Source: Octopus vulgaris (taxonomy: Eukaryota). From it: a DNA stretch of 64,000 nucleotides. A model generated the notes under the pieces. It did no database searches. It was given only the letters and a program-made list of their open reading frames with translations, and was not told the DNA's origin. Shown here one piece after another: positions 50,900-62,868 of the stretch; position 1 is the stretch's first letter; each line of letters opens with the position of its first letter. Made by a program: the position numbers and the translations under genes. Where the stretch lies: NCBI GenBank assembly GCA_951406725.2, contig OX597834.1, positions 25,544,001 through 25,608,000 on the forward strand, read 5' to 3'.

Positions 50900-52620
50900 G
50901 TATGCCTAGTAAGGAGCATAACCATTTGGCTTGAAAGGAAATCAGGCAACAGATATTCTTGGTTAAAACAGAGGCAAAAGGGAAGAGATTTACATGTGCC
51001 CAGCAATGTAAGGTCCAGAGGAGTGAAAGCACTATTGTAAGAGGTTGCTGGATGTAGACAATGAAAAGGCTAAAGGGGCTACTTCATGTAGATTCTAGTT
51101 GACAACAGCATGATGGATATAGCAATCAAGGGTATGAAGAAGGGGAAAGCAGCAGCTCCATCAAGGATAGTTGCAGAGAAGTTCAAAATATCTATTGAAT
51201 GATTACCACCCAAATAGTTTGAGTTATAGAAAGAAGTGTCATACCCAATGACTGGCATTGCAGTATCACCGTAAACTGCCACAAAAGCAAAGGGGATACC
51301 TTAGAGTGAAGCAACTATAAAGGAATCAAACTAATGGATCAGGTTATGAAGGTCACCAAGAGAATCATAGCACAATTGAGTAGACCTAGATGATATGTAG
51401 TTTGACAGTCCCAGGAAGATTGACCACAGAAACAATCTTCCTAATGAGAAAACTACAGGAGAATAAACTACTACTCCTATCCTTCGTTGGTTTGGAGAAA
51501 ACATTTGACAGAGTACTACACACAGTAATTTAGTGGTCCCTGAGGAAACTAGACACAGATGAATGGTTCAAAAGGGATGTACAAGCTAGGTATATAGATG
51601 CAGTGAGTAAAATGAAAGCTGGCAATGATTTCAGTGACAAATTTAGCATGAAGGTAAGAGTTCAGAAATGCCCAGTCCTCCATCCTCTTCTATTTCTCAT
51701 AGTCCTGCAGGCCATCACAGAGGAGTTTTAAGACAGGCTTTCCATGGGAACTCCTAATACTGATGACTTAGTTCATCATAGTTGAATCTATAAGAGAATG
51801 AGAGGAAATTCTAGGCATGGAAACTTAACCTAGAATCAAGAGGTCTTAAGGTAAACCCAACAAAGACAAAAGTTTTAATAAATAACAGGCCCCTAGTATC
51901 TTCAGGGAAATGGCCTTGTTCAATATGTAGAAAAGGAGTTGGTATAAACTCCATACAGTGTACCGAATGGAAGTTTTGGATATACAGGAAGTGTAGTGGA
52001 ATCGTAGGTAGACTATCAGAGAATATAAGCTGTGTGTGTGATAGAAGTGGTGTGTTCTAGGAACACACAGGAAATATTTTGTCTTAACCCAGATGACTCA
52101 CTAGAAGTAGTTGATAGCTTTGGTTACCTAGGAGATGCAATTAGCAAAGGAGGTGGTTGCTCTGAAAGTATAGTAGCCAGAGTAAAAACTTTCCCTGAGA
52201 GTGACTGGCAGACTGTATAATGCTTGTGTTAGAACTGCAATGCTGCATGAAAGTGAAACATGGGCCTTGAATGTAGAGGATTTGAGAAAACTGGAAAGAA
52301 ATGAAGCAAGCATGCTCTGATGGATGTGTAGTGTAAGTATTGCATAAGTGACAGTGTAAATGTGCTGAGAGAAAAACTGGGCATAAGAGGAATTAAATGT
52401 GTGTATGCAAGAAAAAAGATGACGCTAGTATGGGCATGTGATGCATATAGATGAGGATAGCTGTATACAGAAGTACTGATCACTTGATGAGGATGGAGCT
52501 TGAGGAAGAGGGAGACCTAGGAAAACGTGAAACAAAGTGTGGTGAGTCAATCTCAGGACATTGAACCTCACAGAGACAATTACAAAAGACTGGGACAAAT
52601 GATGTACCTTGAAGGTCTAC
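50900..52620 (+). mobile_element. Decayed RTE-clade LINE (reverse transcriptase region)
   Basis: Broken frames give GKAAAPSRIVAE, IPNDW, KSKGDTLE*SNYKGIKLMDQVMK, LEKTFDRV, PLLFLIVLQAITEEF, PWELL..DDL, VDSFGYLGD, MLHESETW; many stops and frameshifts. Confidence 0.9.
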
Positions 52621-52913
52621 CTGACGTTTCATCACCAGTATTTTATCTCTTTCCAGCCCCATCTTATCACTACCAATCCTCTCTTCTAAAATTTAAGTAG
52701 TCATGCTTGAGGAAGAGGGAGACCTAGGAAAACGTGAAACAAAGTGTGGTGAGTCAATCTCAGGACACTGAACCTCACAGAGACAATTACAAAAGACTGG
52801 GACGAATGATGTACCTTGAAGGTCTACCTGACGTTTCATCACCAGTATTTTATCTCTTTCCAGCCCCATCTTATCACTACCAATCCTCTCTTCTAAAATT
52901 TAAGTAGTCATGC
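52498..52913 (+). repeat. Tandem duplication, 2 x 207 bp
   Basis: Units start gcttgaggaagaggg at 52498 and 52705; two mismatches seen. Confidence 0.95.
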
Positions 52914-53223
52914 AGTTCCTCTACAGCCAGAAACCAGTTCTGCTCTGGCCCTCTCTCTCACACTTTTACCCATCATCTCCAAATATTAAGCTAACCATCA
53001 GGGTTTGTAGTCTTACAAGCTGCATGGCAACATCACTAGGGCTGTTGTCACAGGAAAAAAAAAAACCAATACATACTGTAAAGTGGTTAGTGTTAGGATT
53101 GGCATCCAGGTGTAAAAACTATGCTAGAACAGACACTGGAACACAATGCAGTTGTTAGGCCAATCAGATCCTTCTCAAACCATCCCAACATGGAATATGG
53201 ACATTAAATGATGATTGTATATA

Positions 53224-54465
53224 TACAGGGTGCAGACAGCATTCATTTGCAATTTTCAACTGCTTATTTTATGTGTATTTATTTTACTTTCATAAAATCT
53301 TTTCCTTCTTAAAAACAATAACCATTCTACATTATCTTTTTGCAGAATAATAGACTATGGAAAATTCTGAACCTCCCAATTTGTGGAAGAGGCATGGAGC
53401 CACCCTTGGAATCCACACCAGAATGAAAAACAAGATTTCAGACTTCCTAAATGTCAGTAGAATGATGGTGGGAAAGGTCAGAGATGAGCTGGAAGATTCA
53501 AGATTTGACTACAAAGCAACAGCAGAGAGGAAAACCCATGGTCAATGATCTGATGCCATCAGAATGCTGAAACTTGTTGCTGAAATCCAGATCATCAACA
53601 ATGATCCCAGCTAGTTGATGCATGTCATTGCATGGGAGAAAGGTGTGAATGAAAAGCTCATCAGACTGGTGTGGTGCATGAGGAAGTTCGCTACTTTTCA
53701 TACAAGGTAAGGAAGGGACAATTTCAGTCCAAGGCAATGTAGGAAAAGCGACCCACCTGCTGAAACCAGACATGAGAAGAATTTCACCCAAAACCAAAAG
53801 ATCAACCCTCATAACAACAGGTGGCTCACTGTCTCACTGAAGGACATACCCAGAGTCATACAGATGAAAGTTCCAGTGACAATCATGGTCTTCAGTGTCA
53901 TCAGCAGTGAAGGTGATGTCATGCCACCCCACTTCTTGCTTGAGAGCCTCAGGCTGAACAACAGCTACATCTTTGTTCTGAGCGAGGTGGTAATACCCTG
54001 GATTGATCAGGAAGCTGCAAAGGGGTCGTACACGTGGCAACAAGATTCTGTGCCCTGCCACACCAGCTGAAAGACCCAGGTCTGGCTGTCAGAGAATTTC
54101 TTCAATCACACAGCACATGACATTTGACCTCCCAACTTGCCTGTCTGCACCTCGCCCCCAACATTTTTGTGTGGGGCACAATGGAATGAGAAACCAACAA
54201 ATCTGGCTACAATGCAAAGGATAAACTGAGCGCTAGTATTACCAGTATTACCATAATCCTAAAACAGGAGATAGTGACAGAGGCCCGTGGCCAGTTCTGA
54301 AGTCATCTGGAAGCTGTCATCAAGGCCAAAGCAGGTTCATTGAGTGAGATCAACAGAACATGTCATGAAGATAAACAGCCAAATTTAATGAATATATCTC
54401 AAAAAATAAAAACACTATTTTTTCCTGAGACAGTCATCATGCAAACAAATCCTGTTCACACCCTT

Positions 54466-54467
<2 letters not shown>
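53224..54467 (+). mobile_element. Dead Tc1/mariner transposon, maT (DD37D)-like
   Basis: ORF pieces MENSEPPNLWKRH..., IMVFSVISSEGDVMPPHF...YTWQQDSVPCHTS; ends tacagggtg / cacccttta. Confidence 0.87.
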
Positions 54468-54528
<61 letters not shown>

Positions 54529-54531
<3 letters not shown>

Positions 54532-54819
54532 GAGGCGCAATGGCCTAGTGGTTAGGGCAGCAGACTCGCGGTCATAGGATTGCGGTTTCGATTCCCAGAC
54601 CGGGCGTTGTGAGTGTTTATTGAGCAAAAACACCTAAAGCTCCACGAGGCTCCGGCAGGGGGTGGTGGCGATCCCTGCTGTACTCTTTCGCCACAACTTT
54701 CTTCTGTTGGCCTGCTTGCTTAGCCAGCAGGGTGGCATCATTTGAAGGCTAAAACAATGCGAAGCACATTGTGACCAACGATGTGTAACAACATCTGATG
54801 GCCTGGTCGGTCACGGTGA
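54529..54819 (+). mobile_element. SINE family B'
   Basis: Same alternative tail as 35202-35505; flanked by (TA)n. Confidence 0.88.
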
Positions 54820-55231
54820 AAGAGGTGATATATATATATATATATATAAAATCAGACTGGCAGTGATAAAAGAAATTTCTCTGGTTATGTAAAATGTGTT
54901 CTTTCCTTCTCTCATTATTGTCTGTTCATTGTCACAGTCCTCCCTTGACTTGATTGTAAATTATAATTGGTTCTAATTCAGTTTGTTAACCGTCTGATGT
55001 CCTCTATTTTCAATCTTCTCAGCCATGGGCACACAAATTCTAGGCCAGATGGTACATTGTGTCCTTAAACAAAGTACTCCATCTCATGTTTTCCCAGATG
55101 AAATCAGAACCATCCAAGTATTGGTGTTGCGCTCCATTCTACAGCAGTAAGCCCTGGCTGATCCATTGTATTAACATAACAGATCTAAGAAGGGGAGGTG
55201 GGGTTCTATGTTGATATATATATATATATAT

Positions 55232-55604
55232 GTGGAGGCGCAATAGCCCAGTGGTTAGGGCAGCGGACTCGCGGTCATAGAATCGCGGTTTCGATTCCCA
55301 GACCGGGCGTTGTGAGTGTTTATTGAGCGAAAACACCTAAAGCTCCACGAGGCTCTGGCAGGGGATTGTGGTGATCGCTGCTGTACTCTTTCACCACAAC
55401 TTTCTCTCACTCTTACTTCCTGTTTCTGTTGTACCTGTATTTCAAAGGACCAGCCTTGTCACGCTGAATATCCCCGAGAACTACGTTAAGGGTACACGTG
55501 TCTGTGGAGTGCTCAGCCACTTACACGTTAATTTCACGAGCAGGCTGTTCCGTTGATTCGGATCAACCGGAACCCTCGTCGTCGTAACCGACGGAGTGCT
55601 TCCA
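55232..55604 (+). mobile_element. SINE family B in a (TA)n tract
   Basis: Family match. Confidence 0.92.
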
Positions 55605-55622
55605 TCATATATATATATATAT

Positions 55623-55762
55623 AAAGCTGCAAAATTATTACAGAACTATTACTCAGAGTTTCACGTTCCCATTTGTAGAATAGTTGTGATGAAAACTCAC
55701 ATTATAACTGTCTAACAGGAACATGAAACTCTGAGTAACAGTTGTGATAATTTTGCAGCTTT
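55623..55762. repeat. Inverted pair of decayed hammerhead-like motifs (Penelope-like pLTR remnant)
   Basis: ~47-bp imperfect inverted arms, each holding GAAACTCTGAGTA inside a 6-bp stem I. Confidence 0.6.
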
Positions 55763-56480
55763 AATATAAAGTATATCTGAGTACTATATTTTCCACCTTG
55801 TTTTGCACTTATGTGCTCACTTGGTGTGTATGTGTGTGCATATACATACACACATACATATATGCATATAAGTGAACTTATGTGGTAGGCATACAAACAT
55901 GTCAATTTTACCAATTTCTCCGTAAATTGGGAAAAAAATTGTGAAAAGTTTTAATCAATTTTTTAACTCTTATTGGGGTCTCATCTGATGTCAACATCAC
56001 TTGCCTAATCCCAGAGAAATGAGAACCTATTCTGTTTATATACACACATCAAATTTAGGAGTTACTAAAAACTGGAGCTGCAAATTTGCATACCGTTAGT
56101 ACTTAACGTTTTATCTAATTTCAGAGACATCTCAACAGGGAACCCAATCCATATAGTAAACAAAAGTACTCAAAGAGCACAATCCTCTGCCAAGTCAACA
56201 CTAATGTCCTCTCGACAATTAGCTGGATAGATGATTTTTAAAACGAGAATCCTAAAAATGAACCTGACTGCTCACAAAAATTAAGTAAAAAAAATGGTAA
56301 AATAATCCAAAATCCTTGTCCAGTACCTGATCAACCCCAATGGTAGTCATGGAATGTGAAGGTGGGTATGCAGGCCATGTTTGTAATGCCATGTGTGTGT
56401 CATCTGCAGTGGGAACAGGGACAGTTTTCTCTATGAAGGCCTTTTTCAGTCTATCCACTGATATAGTGTCTTTATGACCA

Positions 56481-56709
56481 TTAACCCTTTAGTGTTCGCA
56501 TTATTCTGCCAAAATTAATCCTTTTTTATCCACATTGCCTTGAACTAATCAGGCATTATCTTGGTGCTATGAGATTTTGATGAGGTAGCTGTTAATTTTT
56601 AAAACGACATTGTAGAGCTGGTGTGAGAGACCAGATCTGGCCAGTTTGACCATAAAAAAGGCGGAATACTTTTGGCCGGACATGGCCGGTTTAAATGCTA
56701 ATGGGTTAA
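56481..56709. mobile_element. piggyBac-type MITE family 1
   Basis: TTAA-CCCTTTAG...CTAATGGG-TTAA. Confidence 0.85.
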
Positions 56710-57169
56710 CGTCTATAGCAAAAAATTTATCTGTGCATGAAAGGAAACGGAAAGGACCTGCATACGGTGCTGTTAACAACATCGTTGCACACAAAAATAT
56801 AAGTCCAAGAAGTAAAACTTCCTTGAAGGCAAAGCTATAAATGCAATTGTCAAGTAGGTAAGATGTTTTAAACAGGAGCGTTTAAATTCAAAATTGTTGA
56901 GGATAAATTAAATTTATTATTGTTACCTAATATGTTAGTGTCATTTAATTTCTGAATGGTTTTGCTGCCTTTTGTTTATGTAGTTTGATTTCTTTATCCA
57001 TCAGCTTCTACTAACAGAGAGACGCGAGTAAAATTGATAATAGAGAGACGAAAATAAAACTTTGGAAACCGCAATTTCACCATAACTTACATGGAAACCA
57101 TGAGCGTGCTTTCAAGGGAGATAATTAGAAAACGACTTCAAAGTCAACGTAAGATCATAATACTTCATG

Positions 57170-57377
57170 TAAAGTAAATATATCAAATAATCTAGAATCC
57201 TTGTCCGGTACCAGATCAATCCCAAAATCTAATCAGTTCATGTCAGTCATGAGGCCAAACATCTCTGTAAGTTTCGTCCGGATCTAGCCAGCGGTTCTTG
57301 AGATTTCATGTCCATGGACAAACAAACAAGCATGACTGAAAACAATACCTCCACCTTCGCTAAGGTGGACGTAAAAA
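57170..57377 (+). mobile_element. HINE/DINE-1-like element 3' part (related 5' piece at 56158-56340)
   Basis: cccaaaatctaatcagttc...aagtttcgtccggatc...(ACAA)n, terminal hairpin tacctccacctt-cgct-aaggtggacgta followed by an A run. Confidence 0.6.
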
Positions 57378-57385
57378 TGTCGAAC

Positions 57386-57530
57386 AGGTGTGGTTGTGTG
57401 GTAAGAAGCTTACTTCCCAGCCACATGGTTCAGAGTTCAATCCCACTGCATGGACAGGTGCCATCTATTATAGCCTTGGGCCAACCAAAGCCTTGAGTAG
57501 ATTTGGTAGATGGAAACTGAAAGAAGCCTG

Positions 57531-57570
<40 letters not shown>

Positions 57571-58173
57571 CAGCATAGCACGGCATTGCCCGGGTATGTA
57601 AGAGCCCCTGGAGCAGACATGATGCTCGCTGTGAATTTTAAAAAATTCCTGCCAATTTGTGAAAGATATTGTCGAAAATATGTCATCTTGAATTTGAACG
57701 CGATTTCCCAAAATGGCATGATTTTATCGATTTTTTCTGATGGTAAAGTATTGCATGGAAAACTAACGTCAGAATTAAGTTTCTTAGGGTAACATTAAGC
57801 TTCACCATGAGTTTGGTGAAAATCGATTGCAAGTTGCAAAAACTACAACAGAAAATGTGTTGCAAATAAAAAGCTTAGATTCTCGACCCCATGTCGAATG
57901 TATCACTTTTTTTCAGAACTGGGGGAACTTTTCAAAATTTTCGCTGCGTTAGTTTTGAATTATGACATTGGGCTATGTGTGAGTTAAGTTTCATCAGAAT
58001 CGGTTGAAAGCCGTGGTCAGGTTGAGGGTAAAACCTGACAGACACACAGACAGACAAACTGCCATTTATATAGAGAGAGATATATGCCTGTCTTTGTGTC
58101 TGTCCACCACCACCACTTGACAACCGGTGTTGGTGTGTGTATGTACCATAACTTAACAGTTCAGCAAAAGAGA
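57386..58173 (+). mobile_element. Old SINE family A copy split by a Helitron-like insertion
   Basis: Head at 57386-57535; body resumes near 58082 (tgcctgtctttgtgtctgtcc...cttgacaaccggtgttgg). Confidence 0.75.
57567..58080 (-). mobile_element. Non-autonomous Helitron-like element
   Basis: On the minus strand starts A|TC(TC)n and ends with a GC hairpin (cacggcattgcccggg) near a CTA(G)-like end; internal aagtttcatcagaatcggttga and (CAGA)n; no TSD. Confidence 0.65.
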
Positions 58174-58445
58174 GTTTAATGGAAGCAGACAAATTTCTAT
58201 GTGTTATATAGCTTGTCTTGAGGTGTTGCAACCACCACCACTCACCTTGAAAGTTGCTGTTCAGAAGCATCATAATACCTCTTCTTTGAGTGACCCTTAG
58301 TAGATTGTCATGCTCCCACTTGTTGCAGAATAGCTGTTAGGGCAACCTAAGACTTGTCGATACAGATCACAAAGTTATCTCCAAATTAATAGATTGAGTC
58401 TAGAAGATCACTTTAATACAGTAGAGATGGCCCTGTCTTGGACGA

Positions 58446-58645
58446 TGAGGTTGGAGACACATACCTGCCAGCAAATTTACAAGATGGATTTTAGGGAGCA
58501 GTCGTAAAAACTGCTCAAACAATCTGTCTATGATGCAGTGTCCCTGAGGTTGGAGACACATACCTGCCAGCAAATTTACAAGATGGATTATAGGGAGCAG
58601 TCGTAAAAACTGCTCAAACAATCTGTCTATGATGCAGTGTCCCTG
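58446..58645 (+). repeat. Tandem duplication, 2 x 99 bp
   Basis: Units start tgaggttggagacac at 58446 and 58545; one mismatch seen. Confidence 0.95.
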
Positions 58646-58689
58646 TCTAAAAAGTACAAAGTACAAGTATACCACAACATTGCAACATT

Positions 58690-59010
58690 GCAGACCTACA
58701 GTTTTCTGAAATAGCCAACATCCTAGTGTTGCAGATGTTTCAATAGGATTTCTTTTTCCAGTACTCTTCTGTTGCAGGTGGGACTCTTCAGACACTTGAA
58801 GCTGTTTTCAGTGTTATGTTGTTGAAGGTACACTACAAAAGCACTTTAGTCTTTAAAGGTCAATTGTGAAGCCAAATAACTGAGAAACTGTCAACAATTG
58901 CCTTGTCTTTCTTTAAGTAGTATGAGTGCAGTCATCAGAATGCTTCTATAGTAAACTCTTTGAAAGTCTCCATTGCTATCCATACAAATGAAACTTGATG
59001 TAGATACTCA
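58690..59010 (-). mobile_element. Possible Penelope-like 3' remnant
   Basis: Weak GIY-YIG C-terminus-like translation ETFKEFTIEAF**LHSYYLKKDKAIVDSFSVIW, then agtgt-CTGAAGA...GAAACatctGCA-acact. Confidence 0.35.
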
Positions 59011-59217
59011 TATCTAGAATTTTAACAGTCTGCAGTACTTCTTATATAAAGAATTCGAAAAATGCTATTTAAGTATAAAGCCCTGGACATGACTGTGTTT
59101 CTAGCAGTCAGGCATTCATAGGAGTATATGGACATTTGATCCCATCATCGGGGTAACTGCAAAGTGAGTCATATGAACTTATTGCTGTTTACACAATTGT
59201 ATGGAATGTCAAACCTC

Positions 59218-59313
59218 TGCACTCAAATAGAGGACGAAAACCACTTGACTGCGCTCTAATAGAGGATAAAGACCACTCGAGTGCAATCTAATAGAGGACA
59301 AAGACCACTTGAC
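59218..59313 (+). repeat. Minisatellite, 3 x 32 bp
   Basis: tgcactcaaatagaggacgaaaaccacttgac and two variants. Confidence 0.9.
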
Positions 59314-59564
59314 AATATTGATGTTATTAGCAGAGACATTGAGCATGAAACTAAGGACCTACCAAAGCTTAACTGGGGAGAGAGATTCCTGGCACAACAA
59401 AGTGTAATTCATCTTGACTGCAGCCATTTAATGAAGAATATATCTGTGACCACAGAAACTAGTGATAGAGAGAAACAGTCTGAAACATCAAGAACACAAA
59501 TACATTTGACCGACTTCTTGCTTGAACCACTGACCAAGTGATTCTTTGTGCTTTATATAACAGA

Positions 59565-59934
59565 CTGGCACTATGACCCGGCAATGCCGGGTCATAGTGC
59601 TAGTGCATGCATATACAGCTGCGTGCGTGCACTCATACATGCGAGTACTGTCCAAATCTCCAACCAATTACATACAGCTAGCTGGCATTCAATTGGCGTA
59701 TCAAGTTTCGGGCATTTTGATTGGGTTTTGGATAGAAAATTCACAAAAAAATCACTTCTATTGATTTTTAATGGCTTTGCGGGGTGACTGGGGGAAATGT
59801 AAAGATGTGCACGACCACCCTTGGACAGTTTTGAATGACCATAGAAAGTGCAAGCCCTCTAACTGAAAAACTGTGGATTTGTATAAAGGACACTCACATA
59901 GACATTTTGCCATTTATATATAGAGAGATAGAGA
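59565..59934 (-). mobile_element. Non-autonomous Helitron-like element with a 20-bp terminal hairpin
   Basis: Shares the tgccatttata(ta)tagagaga end with 57567-58080; hairpin at 59564-59604. Confidence 0.65.
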
Positions 59935-60113
59935 TTACTTGGAACCTGATTTGTTTCACTTTTACTGAGCTCATTCGCTTAACATTTTGCACAAAAGAAA
60001 TATTTTCAGTATTTTAAGACATCCCCAAATTTGATTTAATATTGCATAGGTTTCCATGAAAGATTTGTATTCTATATATAGAAGTGTGTGTGTACATACA
60101 AACATGTATACTA

Positions 60114-60147
<34 letters not shown>

Positions 60148-60341
60148 TATATATGTACATGCATACACTAATACATACTATACATATTCCAGTATGCAGC
60201 TTGGCTTTATGTTCAGCTGTCTGATTTATCTCAACATATTTAGATCTTATTATATTATTGTTCTAAACCTAATTTTTTTCCCCCTGCTTTTATTGTATTC
60301 ACTTAGTACAAAAACATTTTCACTATAACTGGAAAATATCC

Positions 60342-60372
<31 letters not shown>

Positions 60373-60664
60373 GTGATAGCTCCATCTTTACAGACAATTA
60401 CTCTTTCTCTCTCTCTCTGAGCTTCCTCATTATCAATGGCATTTCTGACATTCCATCTATGACCTCTCAGCTGACTATTCAGTCCTGCTACAGACCTGCA
60501 TGGTTTGAAGCATACACAGGTGACAGATGAAAGTTCTAAGTTCCATTGTACTGATTGGCTCGGGTTGTGAGATAAGATAATATTGCACAAGTTTCCATGA
60601 AAGATTTGTACTCTACACAGGAGTGTGTGTGTACATACATGCATGCACACTACACAACCATGCG

Positions 60665-60702
<38 letters not shown>

Positions 60703-61069
60703 CATGTATGTACACACACATGCCTCTATACAAACTACACACATGTATGCTTATATATATATACACTACACACACATGCGTCCAACCCATGCCAGCATGG
60801 ACAACGGACGTTAAATGATAATCACACACACACACACACACTACGCAAGTGTGGTATGCATGCATATCTGTATGTACACACACACACACAACACCAGGTT
60901 ACGAATAAGACACTAACAAATCAGAGATCTCGATAATTCATCTTAAATGTATTTAAATTTGTTTAATATATTCATAAAAATGTGTGTGTGGCTATGTCAG
61001 GGTGACTTCTACAGAGTTATGTATGCCTGACGCCTGGTATCTCCCCGTGATTCGGTTAGATATATTTAC

Positions 61070-61094
61070 AGCAGGATGCTGTTGCATTGAACAC
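61070..61094 (-). other. Candidate 25-nt micro-exon
   Basis: Strong acceptor ttacttttccctgcag|GT; possible donor CT|gtaaat. Confidence 0.25.
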
Positions 61095-61300
61095 CTGCAG
61101 GGAAAAGTAACGTCGAATAAGTGTTTGCCTAGAAACACTTGGCAACTTTCTTTTTCTTGAGCACATCCTGTTGGCAACAGGAGACAAGCAGAGGTAGTTA
61201 AGACTTGTCCCGCTCCCAGAATGACACGAATACTAAGTAAGACTGCAGCAAGTTTGAACACGTGAGACTTGTACTTGGTCGGTGGTTGTATATATAACAA

Positions 61301-61532
61301 GGGCGAGCTGGTAGAAACGTTAGCACGCCGGGCGAAATGCTTAGCGGTATTTCGTCTGCCCGTTACGTTGTGAGTTCAAATTCCGCCGAGGTCGACTTTG
61401 CCTTTCATCCTTTCGGGGTCGATAAATTAAGTACCAGTTACGCACTGGGGGACGATGTAATCGACTTTCATACCTATGTCTGTCCTTGTTTGTCCCCTCT
61501 GTGTTTAGCCCCTTGTGGGTAATAAAGAAATA
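61301..61532 (+). mobile_element. SINE family C
   Basis: Family match; flanked by imperfect ggttgta...ataacaag repeats. Confidence 0.9.
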
Positions 61533-62535
61533 GGTTGTACATAACAAGCAACGTGAGACTACGTGATCATTCGGGGCAGCGAGAAATAGGAACCAAAGTT
61601 CCCCCTCAAATCACACGCTACGTTAAAACAAAAAAAACAAAAAAAGAAAGAAAGAACAAGACGTGATGGTCACGACTGAAATAAATGCTCGATCATCATA
61701 AATATATGTATGGCGATGAGACGAATTTTCCCCCTGGATATTGCACCACTCGACTACAACCATTATTGCACTCAGCCGAAAGCGTAATCAAATCTCCTGA
61801 ACCAGAAACAATTACCTCGCCAAAGGTCCGAACCCATGCTTTCACGGGTAAAAACTAGGTTCTCATCACCCTTGCTTCTCGCATACACGCACCCCTATAC
61901 ATATATATATACGTAAACACGTGTGTGTATATATCTACACACACACAAAGTAAATGGATTTCCACTAGTTTGGAAGATGGGTTTTCTGGTTGTTTCATGA
62001 ACTGCCTGTCTCATTCAGTGAATTCCAGTGTAAGTGACTTCAGTACTCCACAGACACTTGAGCTTACGTAATAAAGCTGCCCCCGTTGAATTACAGGTTA
62101 CAGACGGTGGGGGGTTCCACACTTTACGTGAACCCAATTTCACTCTCAAGTTTGGGACCAACTCGAAGTTAACCTAAACGGGATACACACACACTCGAAC
62201 ATCATAACCGGGTAATGAAATCGAAACCGAGACGTCATAATTGCGAAGCGAAATACCAAACCACTCGGCCACAGCAGCATCTACACACACACACACACAT
62301 CTCATAAGATCAAGGGAAATGTCAACAGGTAAAACTACTGGGGACGATGTTTTCGAGGAAAGAAATCCGAGGTGCAACCCGACGATGATGATGATAATAA
62401 TAATATAGCAATAATAATGATGATGATAGTGTTTAAGATGGAAATATTCGCAACACGTCATTTCAGTGACAACACGTTGCTAACAGATATATGTCCACCA
62501 TTAATAGACATCGTGTGGGGGGAGGGAAAGAGTGA

Positions 62536-62566
<31 letters not shown>

Positions 62567-62748
62567 CGTGGTCGTATCAATCGTGGATATATACACCACA
62601 TTATATAACAGCACTTCATATACACACACACACATATATATATATATTCACACATATATATATTGGCACGTAACATCAAGACAGAAATGTCCTGAAGGGA
62701 GAAAGTAAGCCATACATATATAAGGTTTAGATATTGCTTTCATAACGA

Positions 62749-62798
<50 letters not shown>

Positions 62799-62834
62799 TG
62801 TGTACAATACTGTGTGAGTTGTTTGTCGTCTTAC

Positions 62835-62868
62835 ATGCGTCATGGATCTCGAAGACTTTAACCAAAAT
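62835..62868 (-). other. Candidate 34-nt micro-exon
   Basis: Acceptor ctttgttccatttatggctacag|A and donor AT|gtaaga; unique island between (TA)n and (TG)n tracts. Confidence 0.4.

Noticed and set aside
58400-58795. 131-aa ORF with an internal 33-aa repeat
   Set aside because: Produced by the 99-bp tandem duplication in repeat-derived DNA.
59218-59313. 32-bp repeats as a CRISPR array
   Set aside because: Units are adjacent with no spacers, there are no cas genes, and the context is eukaryotic.
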